64,000 nt of DNA from the IMG/VR virus record IMGVR_UViG_3300031227_016742; one strand, 5' to 3'. The notes under the pieces were generated by a model. That model saw only the letters and a list, made by a program, of their open reading frames with translations. It made no database searches and was not told the DNA's origin. The first letter of the stretch is position 1; each line of letters starts with the position of its first letter. This document shows, piece after piece, positions 17,858 to 27,002 of the stretch. A program made the position numbers and the translations under genes. Source of the DNA: an uncultured virus (IMG/VR IMGVR_UViG_3300031227_016742) (taxonomy: Duplodnaviria > Heunggongvirae > Uroviricota > Caudoviricetes).

Positions 17858-18070
17858 TCACGTCGACAACGACTCGATCAGCTCATCGGTCCGAGAAAAG
17901 AGAGCCTCGTGCTCGGCTCTCCGTCGTTCGTGTTCCTTCTTTCGGATGCGGAGGCCGAGATGTATGTGCTTTTTGAGCCGTGCCATGGCGCGGTCATAGG
18001 TGCAAAGGTATCCCCCGTCCCGTGCTTGCCAGTACCCACCAGGGGTCCGCAGCAGCACCTTCTTGGCCAC
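17858..18070 (-). CDS. Hypothetical protein
   Basis: 70 aa, GTG after GGAGAGGA. Confidence 0.5.
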   Translation of the reverse strand: MAKKVLLRTPGGYWQARDGGYLCTYDRAMARLKKHIHLGLRIRKKEHERRRAEHEALFSRTDELIESLST

Positions 18071-18160
18071 TCCTCTCCGCGCAAGGGAATCGGCGCGGTA
18101 GTGGACATCGATGCAAGAACAGCGCCAACAATGCTTCCCTCGCAGAGTGGACTCACCGCC

Positions 18161-18220
18161 CCTCGGTCCGCAAGTGCAGAGAGCGGTGAGCGGTAAGCGG
18201 TAAGCGGTAAGCGCCCGAGG
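18161..18220 (+). repeat. Heptamer element (GCGGTRA x4) 3' of helicase
   Basis: Tract 18183-18210 enclosed by CCTCGG/CCGAGG; shares the GTGCAGAGAG flank with the 16251 copy. Confidence 0.85.
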
Positions 18221-19855
18221 TCACCAGACCTCATCGCACAGCCCGACCTTGACCAAGTCCACCGCAGCGATTCGCTTGGTGAGCATGTCCGCGGCCATAC
18301 CCCTGGTCATCCCGCTCTCGGGCTCGAGCCGCCAGCTGGCCATGGCCTTCTTCTGCGTCGCCGTCATCTCCTTGGATCGCCACTCGGCCCCGTCCTGGGC
18401 GATGATGGCGTTGCCACTCTTGCGCACGAAGTCCGTGCCCACCCCGGTGGCCATCTCGAGGGTCATGGGCCGCGAGGCCATCTTCTCGATGTCGTCCTGG
18501 CTGGGGCGCTCCCCACGCTTCTTGCGGACCAACCAGGGCACCCACATGGGCGTGTCCCGATGATCCCTGTAGTCCGACGGGGCCATCACCAGAGCGACCA
18601 GCCCCTCCCAGCCAGCGTCCGCCACCCAGACCGGAGGGGACAGGCCTGCAATCTCGACCCAGGAGCAGCGGGCTCGGAAGCGGTCTCCCACCAGCCCCGA
18701 GTAGGTGCGCTTGGGTCTCTGCTCGCCATGGCCGGAGCTGGGCCAGTGTGGCCTCTCCTGCTCGAGCAGCGTGGGCGCCTGGCTCAGGTCGTGCTGGGAC
18801 GATGCGCCCACCAGGTCGAGCAGCAGCAAGTGATCCTTGCCCGGGTGTGGACGCAGACCGCGGCCGACCATCTGGATGTACAGAGGCTTGGACCGGGTTG
18901 GCCTGGCCAAAACGATCGCGCCAATGGAAGGATCGTCGTAGCCTTCGGTGAGGACGGCGCAGTTGGCCACGCAGTCCAAGCTCCCTGACCGAAGGGCTCC
19001 GAGGATGCGCCCGCGCTCGGTGGGAGAGAGGTTCCCGTGCACCACCTCGGCTTTGAAACCGTGCGCGCGAAGCTCGTCCACGGTGAGCTCGGCCTGGCGC
19101 ACCGTCACGGTGAAGACGATGGCCTTCTCGCTGTGACAGTACCGGGCCATCATCTTGCCGGTGTGCTCGACAATCTTCGCCTCGATGATGGCGTCGGACA
19201 GCTTGCGGGTCTCGAAGTCCCCACCCCAGCGCGGGACGCCCTCGAGGATGTCTGACAGCCCCGTGAGCGTGTGCTCCTCGGTCTGCCAGGGTACGAGCCA
19301 GCCATCGTCCACCGCGGCCTGCAGGGGGTAGTTGCTGGCCGTGACCCAGGTCTTGCCCAGCGCCTTGCCGTCCGCCCTGTCCGGGGTCGCGGTCAGGCCG
19401 AGGAAGACATTGCCACAGCGGCCGTAGACGTCCAGCATCATCAGCACACGCTGCCAGCTGTCCGACGCGCTGTGGTGGGCCTCGTCCATCACCACCAGGT
19501 CCGGGGAACCCTCTGAGATGATGGGGGCGAGCCGGTCGGGGTTCTTGATGGTGTCCATGCTGGCGAAGACCAGCTGCCGGTCATGCTCGTCACGGCGGGC
19601 CTTGACCACCCCGATGCGGCTCTCCATGTCGCCCCAGACCGATGTCGCGGTCTGGATAGGCTGGTCGATGAGCTCCTGGCGGTGGGCCACCCACAGGACA
19701 CGCTGGCCTCGGTCGAGGTACTCCCGCACCAGGTGCAGCGCGGTGATGGTCTTGCCGGTGCCGGTGGGCAGGACCATCAAAGGGTAGCGCTGACCTTCGG
19801 CATGCAGGCGCCTGACGGAGTCCAGAGCTTCGATCTGGTAGGGCCGCAGTTTCAC
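18221..19855 (-). CDS. Superfamily 2 DEAH-box helicase (ResIII/Irc3-like)
   Basis: LRPYQ, PTGTGKT, DEAHH, GLTATP, LTEGYD, QMVGRGLR. Confidence 0.95.
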   Translation of the reverse strand: MKLRPYQIEALDSVRRLHAEGQRYPLMVLPTGTGKTITALHLVREYLDRGQRVLWVAHRQELIDQPIQTATSVWGDMESRIGVVKARRDEHDRQLVFASMDTIKNPDRLAPIISEGSPDLVVMDEAHHSASDSWQRVLMMLDVYGRCGNVFLGLTATPDRADGKALGKTWVTASNYPLQAAVDDGWLVPWQTEEHTLTGLSDILEGVPRWGGDFETRKLSDAIIEAKIVEHTGKMMARYCHSEKAIVFTVTVRQAELTVDELRAHGFKAEVVHGNLSPTERGRILGALRSGSLDCVANCAVLTEGYDDPSIGAIVLARPTRSKPLYIQMVGRGLRPHPGKDHLLLLDLVGASSQHDLSQAPTLLEQERPHWPSSGHGEQRPKRTYSGLVGDRFRARCSWVEIAGLSPPVWVADAGWEGLVALVMAPSDYRDHRDTPMWVPWLVRKKRGERPSQDDIEKMASRPMTLEMATGVGTDFVRKSGNAIIAQDGAEWRSKEMTATQKKAMASWRLEPESGMTRGMAADMLTKRIAAVDLVKVGLCDEVW

Positions 19856-19864
19856 TACGGCCCT

Positions 19865-19904
19865 CGCTCACCGCTCACCGCCAACCGCTTACCGCTCGCT
19901 TCGC
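19865..19904 (-). repeat. Heptamer element in inverted orientation, 5' of helicase
   Basis: Minus strand GCGAAGC GA GCGGTAA GCGGTTG GCGGTGA GCGGTGA. Confidence 0.85.
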
Positions 19905-19913
19905 AGACGGATG

Positions 19914-20219
19914 TCATGGCTCACGGTCCCGCGCCCAGGGGGGTCTCCACTCACACAGATCTCTCATGACCGACGGAAGCTCGTTGAGCGCGGTGATGAC
20001 GAAGGCATAGAGAAGCCCCGACATGAAGGCGACATGGGCCAAGATGGGCCACCGCTTCACCCATGACGGGTCGATGCACTCTGGCCCCGAACAGGTCACG
20101 GATCCGAAGAAGGCCGCGAACCAGATGACACCACACAGCGCCCACAACACCAGCACGAGCCGGAAGAGGGCGACCACGACGGTGAGTCGACGGGTGTTTT
20201 TGGTGTTCATTTCGTCCAT
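19914..20219 (-). CDS. Two-TM membrane protein
   Basis: Two hydrophobic segments, 101 aa. Confidence 0.7.
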   Translation of the reverse strand: MDEMNTKNTRRLTVVVALFRLVLVLWALCGVIWFAAFFGSVTCSGPECIDPSWVKRWPILAHVAFMSGLLYAFVITALNELPSVMRDLCEWRPPWARDREP

Positions 20220-20226
20220 CTCCACG

Positions 20227-20544
20227 TCAGGGCTTTGCGCACAGCTTGCACAGGCGCCGGCCATCGCGAGAGACGACGACCATGTCCGTGGCGGCCAGGC
20301 CACAGTCGCTGTCGTCGTCTGTCCACCCGAAGTGATGCCAGACCTTGGACTTCGGATGTCCGATGACCAGGTCGCGACCCAAGCGCAGCTCCCGGACGAT
20401 CTCGCATCCTGCTGGAAGACCGAGCAGATCCTCGTCGGGTGTCACATCGTGCAGCTGCGCGTACAGATCTCTGATGACGAGCCGAGCCTTCTCGAGCTCG
20501 GCGATGATCTCTCGAGCGTGCTGCCTGTTGCGCTCGGTGCCCAT
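20227..20544 (-). CDS. Hypothetical protein, possible Zn-binding
   Basis: WH...CG...CKLC. Confidence 0.7.
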   Translation of the reverse strand: MGTERNRQHAREIIAELEKARLVIRDLYAQLHDVTPDEDLLGLPAGCEIVRELRLGRDLVIGHPKSKVWHHFGWTDDDSDCGLAATDMVVVSRDGRRLCKLCAKP

Positions 20545-20814
20545 CTACGTCCCTCGTTTGGCGGCGGCCTGGAAGCGGTCCACCGCGTCCTGCGGCACGG
20601 CCTCCCAGCCGTCGCGAACGAGGTCGTGGACGTCCTCCGGCTGACGCAGCGTCAGCCTGGCGAGCTGTCCGGTGAGATGCGCCAGAGCACTCAGGGCGAG
20701 GTGGCTGGGGAGCTTCAGCTTGCTCGGCGTGCCCAACAGCGCTGTCAGCCGAGCGAGGAAGTCACCGTAGACGCGCTGCTCGGCGACGGAGGTGGGGCGC
20801 GGGTCATCGTTCAT
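20545..20814 (-). CDS. Hypothetical protein
   Basis: 89 aa, RBS GAGGA. Confidence 0.65.
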   Translation of the reverse strand: MNDDPRPTSVAEQRVYGDFLARLTALLGTPSKLKLPSHLALSALAHLTGQLARLTLRQPEDVHDLVRDGWEAVPQDAVDRFQAAAKRGT

Positions 20815-20885
20815 GGTGTTGGTTCCTCGTCATCCGTGAAGTTCTGGAAGCTGGAGATCCTGTAGACCGTGTCGAAAGTCGGCAT
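20811..20885 (-). CDS. 24-aa micro-ORF MPTFDTVYRISSFQNFTDDEEPTP
   Basis: TGATG overlap at start and ATGA overlap at end; exactly fills the gap. Confidence 0.5.
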   Translation of the reverse strand: MPTFDTVYRISSFQNFTDDEEPTP

Positions 20886-21256
20886 CAGTATCCCCATCTC
20901 CACAGGTTTCTATTGGCAGGCTTCCACGCCCTGACAGGCTCCCACTGGTCCGGCTCTGGTTCTGGGCCCCTGTCTTCCTCCTCGGAATACACCCACTCCA
21001 GATAGGGGCCTTCCTGATGCAAGAAGCTCCAGAGGTCTGTCTCATCCTTGTCATCGGGTGCCGCGAACGCGGCGACATAGTCCCACTCGAGGACATCGTC
21101 GAAGACCCAGAATCGCCACCCGTCCCCTGTCAGATATTCGTTGTTCGAACAAGATCTATCCGTCAGCCGCTCGAGGCTCACCACACCAGCATCGGCACGA
21201 TGAAGCGCTCGCAGCACCTCATCGACTTGGCTCGAAAGATCCTCACGATCGGTCAC
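20885..21256 (-). CDS. Hypothetical protein
   Basis: 123 aa, GTGA overlap. Confidence 0.7.
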   Translation of the reverse strand: MTDREDLSSQVDEVLRALHRADAGVVSLERLTDRSCSNNEYLTGDGWRFWVFDDVLEWDYVAAFAAPDDKDETDLWSFLHQEGPYLEWVYSEEEDRGPEPEPDQWEPVRAWKPANRNLWRWGY

Positions 21257-21807
21257 GATCCACCCTCACGAGAACCTGCATCGCGTCCCTGCTCGAAGGC
21301 CCGGTGGAGCATCCCGACCGGGTCACCAAGGTAGAGACGAGCGAACTCGCTCTCGAGCCGCAGCATCTCCCGTTGGCGATCACCCAGTAGCTTGTCCAAT
21401 AGCAAGACCCGGTTCGCACGAGGGTCCTCGGAGCTCCCCGGCGCAGCGTCACCGAAGATGAAGAGTCCGTCCTCACCCTCACCTGGGCGCTCGACGCTCA
21501 CCAGATGACCAGCCAGGGTCTTGCCGGCGATGACCTCGGGCGGGAGCGCGGCACAGGCCTGCTCGAGGTGCCCCGTCGCGGCGTGATGGACCACTATGGC
21601 GTACCGGATGGCAGAGAGCATGGCGGCGACATCGGCGGCAAGGGAGCTCGTCTCGCCGACCTCGAGCCGGCAGATCCCTTCCCACGTCTCGATGATCTCG
21701 GCTTGGATCTCTTCGTCACAGGCCTGCCACTCTCGCTTCAGCCCGCGTCGATCGTCGAGATCGAAGATGATCCGCTCCACGATCCGGGTCACGGTGTCTT
21801 TTTTCAT
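21253..21807 (-). CDS. Hypothetical protein
   Basis: 184 aa, RBS AAGGAG; DL.DRRGLK.EW...DEEIQ.EI...W motif. Confidence 0.8.
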   Translation of the reverse strand: MKKDTVTRIVERIIFDLDDRRGLKREWQACDEEIQAEIIETWEGICRLEVGETSSLAADVAAMLSAIRYAIVVHHAATGHLEQACAALPPEVIAGKTLAGHLVSVERPGEGEDGLFIFGDAAPGSSEDPRANRVLLLDKLLGDRQREMLRLESEFARLYLGDPVGMLHRAFEQGRDAGSREGGS

Positions 21808-22058
21808 GGCGCTGTCTCCTTTTTGTGATCGTCCACGAGCTCGTCCCTCTCACATCCTCTGCCTACGACCACCCCGTCCATGTAGACCGTGGCGACCACA
21901 TAGCCGGCCCCATCGTTCCCGGGGGCCACGACAGAGACATGCGCGGGGTGAGCTCCGGGCCAGTCATCGTAGGGTTCGGCAACGTAGCCCCTCCGGAGGA
22001 CGGGCTGCAGCAGCCGCACGATGTCGTCGGGGGTGAAGACCGCTTCGGTGGACATCAT
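21804..22058 (-). CDS. Hypothetical protein
   Basis: 84 aa, ATGA overlap. Confidence 0.65.
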   Translation of the reverse strand: MMSTEAVFTPDDIVRLLQPVLRRGYVAEPYDDWPGAHPAHVSVVAPGNDGAGYVVATVYMDGVVVGRGCERDELVDDHKKETAP

Positions 22059-22093
22059 CGTTTCACCCGCCTCGCCGACTCAGGGCAGATGAA

Positions 22094-22363
22094 CTAACCG
22101 GGGTCGGTCTTCTTCTCGAGCTCAATGAAGTCGATATGGTCCGACCGGAGCCTACGCTCGAGCCGAAACCAGGCCGCGTCCTCGTTGAATGACGACGCCC
22201 CAGCAACAGTGACCACACAAAAACCATCTTTGGCCTCGAGCTCGTGTAGCCCTGTCGTGCGGACCGCGCCCACGACCCGGGGCTCTCTGGTCCTGGCGCT
22301 GACCAGGTAGAAGGCGCTGGCGACGTGCATGGTCTTGTCTTCGGACAGGCTGTCGGTGTTCAC
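22094..22363 (-). CDS. Hypothetical protein
   Basis: 89 aa, GTGA overlap. Confidence 0.6.
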   Translation of the reverse strand: MNTDSLSEDKTMHVASAFYLVSARTREPRVVGAVRTTGLHELEAKDGFCVVTVAGASSFNEDAAWFRLERRLRSDHIDFIELEKKTDPG

Positions 22364-22719
22364 GGTGCTGGCTCCATCGGGTCGTCGAGGAACAACGAGG
22401 CGAGCTCATGGAGCTCGCTCATGACCTCGCACAGCCCATAGCTGTGGCCCTTGTCCCAGGCGTAGAGGTAGATCCGGAGGCGCTTGGGGTGATGAGCCAG
22501 GCCGATCTCTTCGAGTGCGTCGTCGCGGAACAGCTCGAGGAGTTTTTCCGTCTTGGCCCGGCGCTCGGCCTTGCGCTCCCGAAGGTCCTCCTCTCTGGTC
22601 TTGGGGTAGTCCTCGGTGCTGTGGCCGAACTTCTTCAGCGTGGAGAGCTCCGCCTTGCGCGGCAGGCTCTTGTCGGCCGTGGGCGGGGGGTCGTTGTTTT
22701 GGTACTTGTCGAAATCCAT
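22360..22719 (-). CDS. Conserved phage-type hypothetical protein
   Basis: F..D...E.GL..HPK....Y.AW..GHS.G..EV motif; RBS GAGGA. Confidence 0.8.
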   Translation of the reverse strand: MDFDKYQNNDPPPTADKSLPRKAELSTLKKFGHSTEDYPKTREEDLRERKAERRAKTEKLLELFRDDALEEIGLAHHPKRLRIYLYAWDKGHSYGLCEVMSELHELASLFLDDPMEPAP

Positions 22720-22742
22720 GATGTTCTTCCTCGTTCGTGTAC

Positions 22743-22845
22743 CGCGAAGCGTCAGGCTGTCGGCTGTTGGCTGTCGGCTGTTGGCTGTCAGCTGTCGGCT
22801 GTCAGCTGTTGGCTGTCAGCTGTCAGCTGTCCGGCATAGTCGGAC
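22743..22845 (+). repeat. Heptamer/hairpin element (GCTGTYR x11)
   Basis: CGC-GAA-GCG; 11 units 22756-22832; GTCCGGC-ATA-GTCGGAC hairpin before stop 22850. Confidence 0.9.
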
Positions 22846-22849
22846 TGGT

Positions 22850-23218
22850 TCACATCAAAGCTGACGCGTCTCCGGTCATTACGGCACCCAAGGCATCATC
22901 GGTGATGTCTTGTTGGTGGATGTGGATGGTCCGCTGCAGTAGACAGTCGGCGCTTCCCAGCACGAACGCCCGGCAGGCCCTGGGGCGATTGTCGTAGATG
23001 CGACAAGCGCAGTGGACACCGACGGCACCCTCGAGCGCTACGCAGCATCCACTGGCATCCAGGCTCATGGCCCACTCATCATGATAGTGGTGGGTCTTGC
23101 GGGTGAGCTCGATAGGCACGTGCTCGAAGTCTGCTTCGATGAGACAGATCCAGCTTCGGTGCCTGGGGACAGTCGCCTTGCAGCAGGCCCCGCAGCTCTG
23201 GCAGTCCAGCTGGCTCAC
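22850..23218 (-). CDS. YkgJ family cysteine-cluster protein
   Basis: CQSCGACC ... CVAL ... CRIYDNRPRACRAF. Confidence 0.85.
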   Translation of the reverse strand: MSQLDCQSCGACCKATVPRHRSWICLIEADFEHVPIELTRKTHHYHDEWAMSLDASGCCVALEGAVGVHCACRIYDNRPRACRAFVLGSADCLLQRTIHIHQQDITDDALGAVMTGDASALM

Positions 23219-23712
23219 GGCTCGGTCTTCCCAGGCTTGTCGATGAGGGCCAGAATGCACGCTGCGAGGGCCTCGGAGCGGTCCGAGACAGCAGCGATGC
23301 CCCGGATGAAGGCGTAGGTGTCGTGGATGTCCCCGGGCTCATCCATGGGAGAGACATCGTCGATGTCACGGAAGGAGAACCCTTCGTAGCCTCCGTCGTG
23401 AGCGAGCAACAGACACCAGTGATCGCTGTCGAAGTAGAACAGGTGAGCGATCGACGGGATCTCTTCGATCAGCTCCATGAGCAAGCCCTCGGCCCACGCG
23501 CTGGAGGCACGACGATCGAGGTCAGCCAACAGCCTGGCCTTGCTGGCGATGCATCGATCCTTCTCGGCCCCGTTGTGATCGGAGAAACGAGGAGGGTGAC
23601 CCGGGGGCTGAATCAGATCGAAGTCGGCCCAGTAGGCCTCGTGGTCCTCGATGGCGAGCCTCTCGGCCTCGACCATCAGCTGAGGCAGATCCGGTGGCAG
23701 GTGCGTCTTCAT
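23215..23712 (-). CDS. Hypothetical protein
   Basis: 165 aa from MKTHLPP, RBS AGGAGG. Confidence 0.7.
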   Translation of the reverse strand: MKTHLPPDLPQLMVEAERLAIEDHEAYWADFDLIQPPGHPPRFSDHNGAEKDRCIASKARLLADLDRRASSAWAEGLLMELIEEIPSIAHLFYFDSDHWCLLLAHDGGYEGFSFRDIDDVSPMDEPGDIHDTYAFIRGIAAVSDRSEALAACILALIDKPGKTEP

Positions 23713-23714
23713 GA

Positions 23715-24047
23715 CTACTGAACCCTCCTGGCGTGCTCTTCCCACGCCTCTTCCGAGATGACTATCCATTTGTCGTGTCTGGGCTCCGATACGGGCCAGA
23801 AGGTCACACCGACCCCCTGCACGACATCGTTGACAGCGACCCTGCCAAACTCGGGCAGAATCCACTGCTGCCCACGCATGCGGCGGGGACCGAGAACAAA
23901 GAAGACCAACCCGGCGACGCAGAGCAGCATGGCGATCGCTCCGATCACCAGCTCCCCTTGTGAGAGCGAGAAGCCACCGATACACCCGAGCACCGGGCCA
24001 GAGAATCGGACGACGGTCCGAGCCCGTCTCCAGCTGAGCATGCTCAT
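23715..24047 (-). CDS. Membrane protein
   Basis: Two hydrophobic segments. Confidence 0.65.
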   Translation of the reverse strand: MSMLSWRRARTVVRFSGPVLGCIGGFSLSQGELVIGAIAMLLCVAGLVFFVLGPRRMRGQQWILPEFGRVAVNDVVQGVGVTFWPVSEPRHDKWIVISEEAWEEHARRVQ

Positions 24048-24050
24048 GGG

Positions 24051-24794
24051 CTACTCCGCCTCGTCGAGATCAATGGGGCCGGCCTCGAGAGGCCAGACCT
24101 GGACACCTTCGTCGTCGCGGATGCTGTGGGCGATGCGCAGCAGGCGGCCAGCGAAGCAGCGGCCTCCGCCCTCGAAGTGGACCCACCAGTCCCAGTCACC
24201 GCGCATGCCGCCGCGGCGAGCATCGTCCCGCGTGCGCTTCACGGTGGCCCGGATGCGACCGACACCCTCTGCGGTCATGTCCACGGTCCAGCCAGGTTGC
24301 GGCCGCCAGTCGATGGACTCGAGCATGGTGTGCCCGACCAGGCCACCACGGGTGATGGCACCGTCGTGGTCCTCGATACGCTTGGCCTTGTAGGCCAGGC
24401 TCTCGATGGCGCGCCAGTCGAAGCCGGCGGCCTCTGCGATCTGACGCAGATGAGAGAAGAAGCTGCGACCATTGCTCTTGCAGTCCGTCAGCGAGTAGAT
24501 GATGCTCTGAGAACAGAATGGCTCGTCCTCGTCCCCCTCGTCGTACCAGTCCGAGGCCTTCATGGCGGCAACCGTCGCGTCGGGCAGGCCACCCTCCGGC
24601 TTCCAGATCAGCAGATCGATGAGAGCGTTCACCAGGGTGTTCTCATGGTAGACGGTCCCCATCCCGTTCGGGACCCACTCCTCTCCGCCCGGGGCTTCAT
24701 CCTCGCCATGGCCGCGGTAGGGCCGGCGCCGCTTGCAGACGTGATCGATGGGGGCTTCGCACTTGCCGCAGATGATCTTGTATTCGTGAGACAT
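24051..24794 (-). CDS. Hypothetical protein
   Basis: 247 aa from MSHEYK, N-terminal CxxC. Confidence 0.7.
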   Translation of the reverse strand: MSHEYKIICGKCEAPIDHVCKRRRPYRGHGEDEAPGGEEWVPNGMGTVYHENTLVNALIDLLIWKPEGGLPDATVAAMKASDWYDEGDEDEPFCSQSIIYSLTDCKSNGRSFFSHLRQIAEAAGFDWRAIESLAYKAKRIEDHDGAITRGGLVGHTMLESIDWRPQPGWTVDMTAEGVGRIRATVKRTRDDARRGGMRGDWDWWVHFEGGGRCFAGRLLRIAHSIRDDEGVQVWPLEAGPIDLDEAE

Positions 24795-24796
24795 GA

Positions 24797-24988
24797 TCAC
24801 CACCGCCTGATGTAGCCGTGTCCAGGACAGCCGGCCCTCGGGCACTTCACGCGCTCGTAGCCGTCCGGTCCCCCGCTGTGGTCCCTGCCGTCGTGGCGCT
24901 GGACCTCTTCGGGCATGTACTCCATGACGGCCCCGCAGGCGTTGCAGGTCACCTTCTTGGGCTTGGGTGGTTCGACGATCTTGGCCAT
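24797..24988 (-). CDS. Small Zn-ribbon protein
   Basis: TCNACG...KCP...C. Confidence 0.75.
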   Translation of the reverse strand: MAKIVEPPKPKKVTCNACGAVMEYMPEEVQRHDGRDHSGGPDGYERVKCPRAGCPGHGYIRRW

Positions 24989-24991
24989 GGT

Positions 24992-25435
24992 CTACTCCGT
25001 ATTGTCGCCTGCGAGCTCGACCGCCACAGCGGACAGCTCCATCAGATCGTGGCAGTGACCCGCGATGCTGCGGGCCTTGTTGCCGACATGGATAGGGGCA
25101 CCACGGGCGATGTGCTCGCGGATGGCCCCACAGAATGCCTCGATAGCCTCTACGCTGCACAGCGCAGCCTCACTGTATTCCAATGGCTCTACCTGGCCCT
25201 GATGGCCCTGCTGCTCACGGAGCTGACTCACACGATCACGGAGAATCTCGGCTCCCTGAAGACGACTGGCCAAGAAGCGCGCTCGATGGGTGATGTCGAA
25301 GCCGAAGCTCTCGGCATACCGGATGGCATCCGACTTCGTCCGGCCTGCCGTGTCCCACAGCTGGAGATACCTGTCGTAGGCCTCCTGTGGGGTCGGGAGC
25401 TCCGCGGAACTGACGCAGTGTGCGATGTCGTTCAT
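24992..25435 (-). CDS. Hypothetical protein
   Basis: 147 aa from MNDIAH, downstream of an operator-promoter. Confidence 0.7.
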   Translation of the reverse strand: MNDIAHCVSSAELPTPQEAYDRYLQLWDTAGRTKSDAIRYAESFGFDITHRARFLASRLQGAEILRDRVSQLREQQGHQGQVEPLEYSEAALCSVEAIEAFCGAIREHIARGAPIHVGNKARSIAGHCHDLMELSAVAVELAGDNTE

Positions 25436-25464
25436 AATGAACTCGTCTCTCTGGGTTCGACGAA

Positions 25465-25493
25465 ACCATAACACCTGCCACCGATGGTAGCAA
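25465..25493 (-). promoter_or_regulatory. Promoter TTGCTA-17-TATGGT with operator (25476-25492)
   Basis: TGCCAC-CGATG-GTAGCA. Confidence 0.8.
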
Positions 25494-25496
25494 GCG

Positions 25497-25892
25497 TCAA
25501 TGAATCTCGATGATGGCCTCTTCGCCGCGACAGGTAGCGTCGGGAGCCGCGATGGCGAAGGAGCGGTAGACACCGCCGGAAGCACGCTTACAAACGATGG
25601 AACACATCGCTCCCAACGGCTGGCCCTCTACAGACACACGCCAGGTGTGGCAGTCGAGTCCAGGAACGGCGTCGACGGAGTAGGGGCCCTGGACCTCGGT
25701 GGGAGCGCTCGCGTCGGCTCCAGGACTGGTCTCTGCCATAGTCAAGAAGATCCACCCGAACACAAAAGCAAGACAGCCGACGGTGATGATCCAGATCAAC
25801 AGCGCGAACAGTCTGGGCCTACGGTTCGTCTCGGTCGGCTCCCAGTCCGAGGTGTCGAGCTCATGGTCTTCGGGCTTCTTGTGCTTGCTCAT
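25497..25892 (-). CDS. Single-TM membrane protein
   Basis: Hydrophobic segment, RBS AGGAG. Confidence 0.75.
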   Translation of the reverse strand: MSKHKKPEDHELDTSDWEPTETNRRPRLFALLIWIITVGCLAFVFGWIFLTMAETSPGADASAPTEVQGPYSVDAVPGLDCHTWRVSVEGQPLGAMCSIVCKRASGGVYRSFAIAAPDATCRGEEAIIEIH

Positions 25893-25895
25893 GGC

Positions 25896-26657
25896 TCACT
25901 CCTCGATCGTACGCCGCGAAGCGTCGGAAGTCGGAGGTCGGAGGTCGGAAGTCGGCTTCATCTCGAGCATCCGCCCCGCAGGGACCTGCTCGAGCTGGGC
26001 CACGATGTCTGCTGGCTCCTGGCCCAACATGCTGTCCAGCTGGCCGTGCATGGCGCGCAGGGCCTCCTGGGCGCGGCACAGCACCTGCCAGGCGCTCTCG
26101 CTGTAGGGCAGCAGCTGAGCTCCATAGGTGGGGATGTAGCCGTGGGGCCGGAAGCGTCCACCGCTGTTCTCTGCGTTGATCGCGGCGCCCACGTCACCGT
26201 CCCAGGGCTTGTACATGACCACGTCCTTGGGGCGTGGACGGTACATCTCGTCACCCTGTTGCCAGTCCGGGATCTGCTTCTCACCACGCACCACGGCGCG
26301 GTGACAGCGGATGAGCTGGGAGAACCCAACGAAGGTGTCCTCGGCCTTGGCCTCGTAGGGCTCAATACGCTTGAGCGCGATGATGGGGGTCCACTCGGCC
26401 TCCGCGCCCCGGGCGACGGCGACCGCGGCCCGCCAGCGAGCTGCCAGACGGTCGAAGTCTTTGTCCTGCATCAGCCCGACCCAGGGACAGACCAGCCAGT
26501 AGTCGCGCTTCACCGGGCAGACCATCACCGGGGTCCAGTCGTTGGGCCAGCCGCTGTGCTCGAGCTCGGCCACACGCCACTTCTTGACGGGATCGCGTCT
26601 GTCCGAAGGCTTGGGGAGAGTCTGACGGCTCTCGTCGCTCTGCCTGCTGCGGGCCAT
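25896..26657 (-). CDS. Hypothetical protein
   Basis: 253 aa, RBS CAGGAG; C-terminus runs through a heptamer tract. Confidence 0.75.
   Translation of the reverse strand: MARSRQSDESRQTLPKPSDRRDPVKKWRVAELEHSGWPNDWTPVMVCPVKRDYWLVCPWVGLMQDKDFDRLAARWRAAVAVARGAEAEWTPIIALKRIEPYEAKAEDTFVGFSQLIRCHRAVVRGEKQIPDWQQGDEMYRPRPKDVVMYKPWDGDVGAAINAENSGGRFRPHGYIPTYGAQLLPYSESAWQVLCRAQEALRAMHGQLDSMLGQEPADIVAQLEQVPAGRMLEMKPTSDLRPPTSDASRRTIEE
25915..25957 (+). repeat. Heptamer element (GTCGGAR x4-5)
   Basis: CGC-GAA-GCG then GTCGGAA GTCGGAG GTCGGAG GTCGGAA. Confidence 0.85.
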
Positions 26658-26687
26658 GGTGAATCTCCTGTCGTCGGGTACGCCAGA

Positions 26688-26716
26688 ACAATAACACCCG
26701 CTACTGGTGGTAGCAA
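26688..26716 (-). promoter_or_regulatory. Promoter TTGCTA-17-TATTGT with operator (26699-26715)
   Basis: CGCTAC-TGGTG-GTAGCA. Confidence 0.8.
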
Positions 26717-26720
26717 GGAA

Positions 26721-27002
26721 TCATGAAACCGCTATGGGCTTGTCGGCGCTCAGGGCGTCATGGAGGTCACCCAGCGCGGCGTCGAAGCCGAGGCTCACGG
26801 CCCTGATGGAGCGGTCGTCATTGCGACAGACCAGGGTGTCCGACTGGACCCCGAAGCCGTGGCTCTCGTCCCAGTGGACGATCTGGCGATGACACTGCGG
26901 GCAGCACACTTCGGCGACCGCTGGCTCTCGGTCGAACTGAACCCCCACCTTGCAGCGGAGGCACTCGGCGTAGAACTCGCTATTGTCGTTGGTCTCGCTC
27001 AT
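26721..27002 (-). CDS. Zn-ribbon hypothetical protein
   Basis: 93 aa from MSETNDN; CLRC, CPQC. Confidence 0.7.
   Translation of the reverse strand: MSETNDNSEFYAECLRCKVGVQFDREPAVAEVCCPQCHRQIVHWDESHGFGVQSDTLVCRNDDRSIRAVSLGFDAALGDLHDALSADKPIAVS

Noticed and set aside
22756..22832. Heptamer tracts as a CRISPR array
   Set aside because: Contiguous 7-bp units, no unique spacers, no cas genes.
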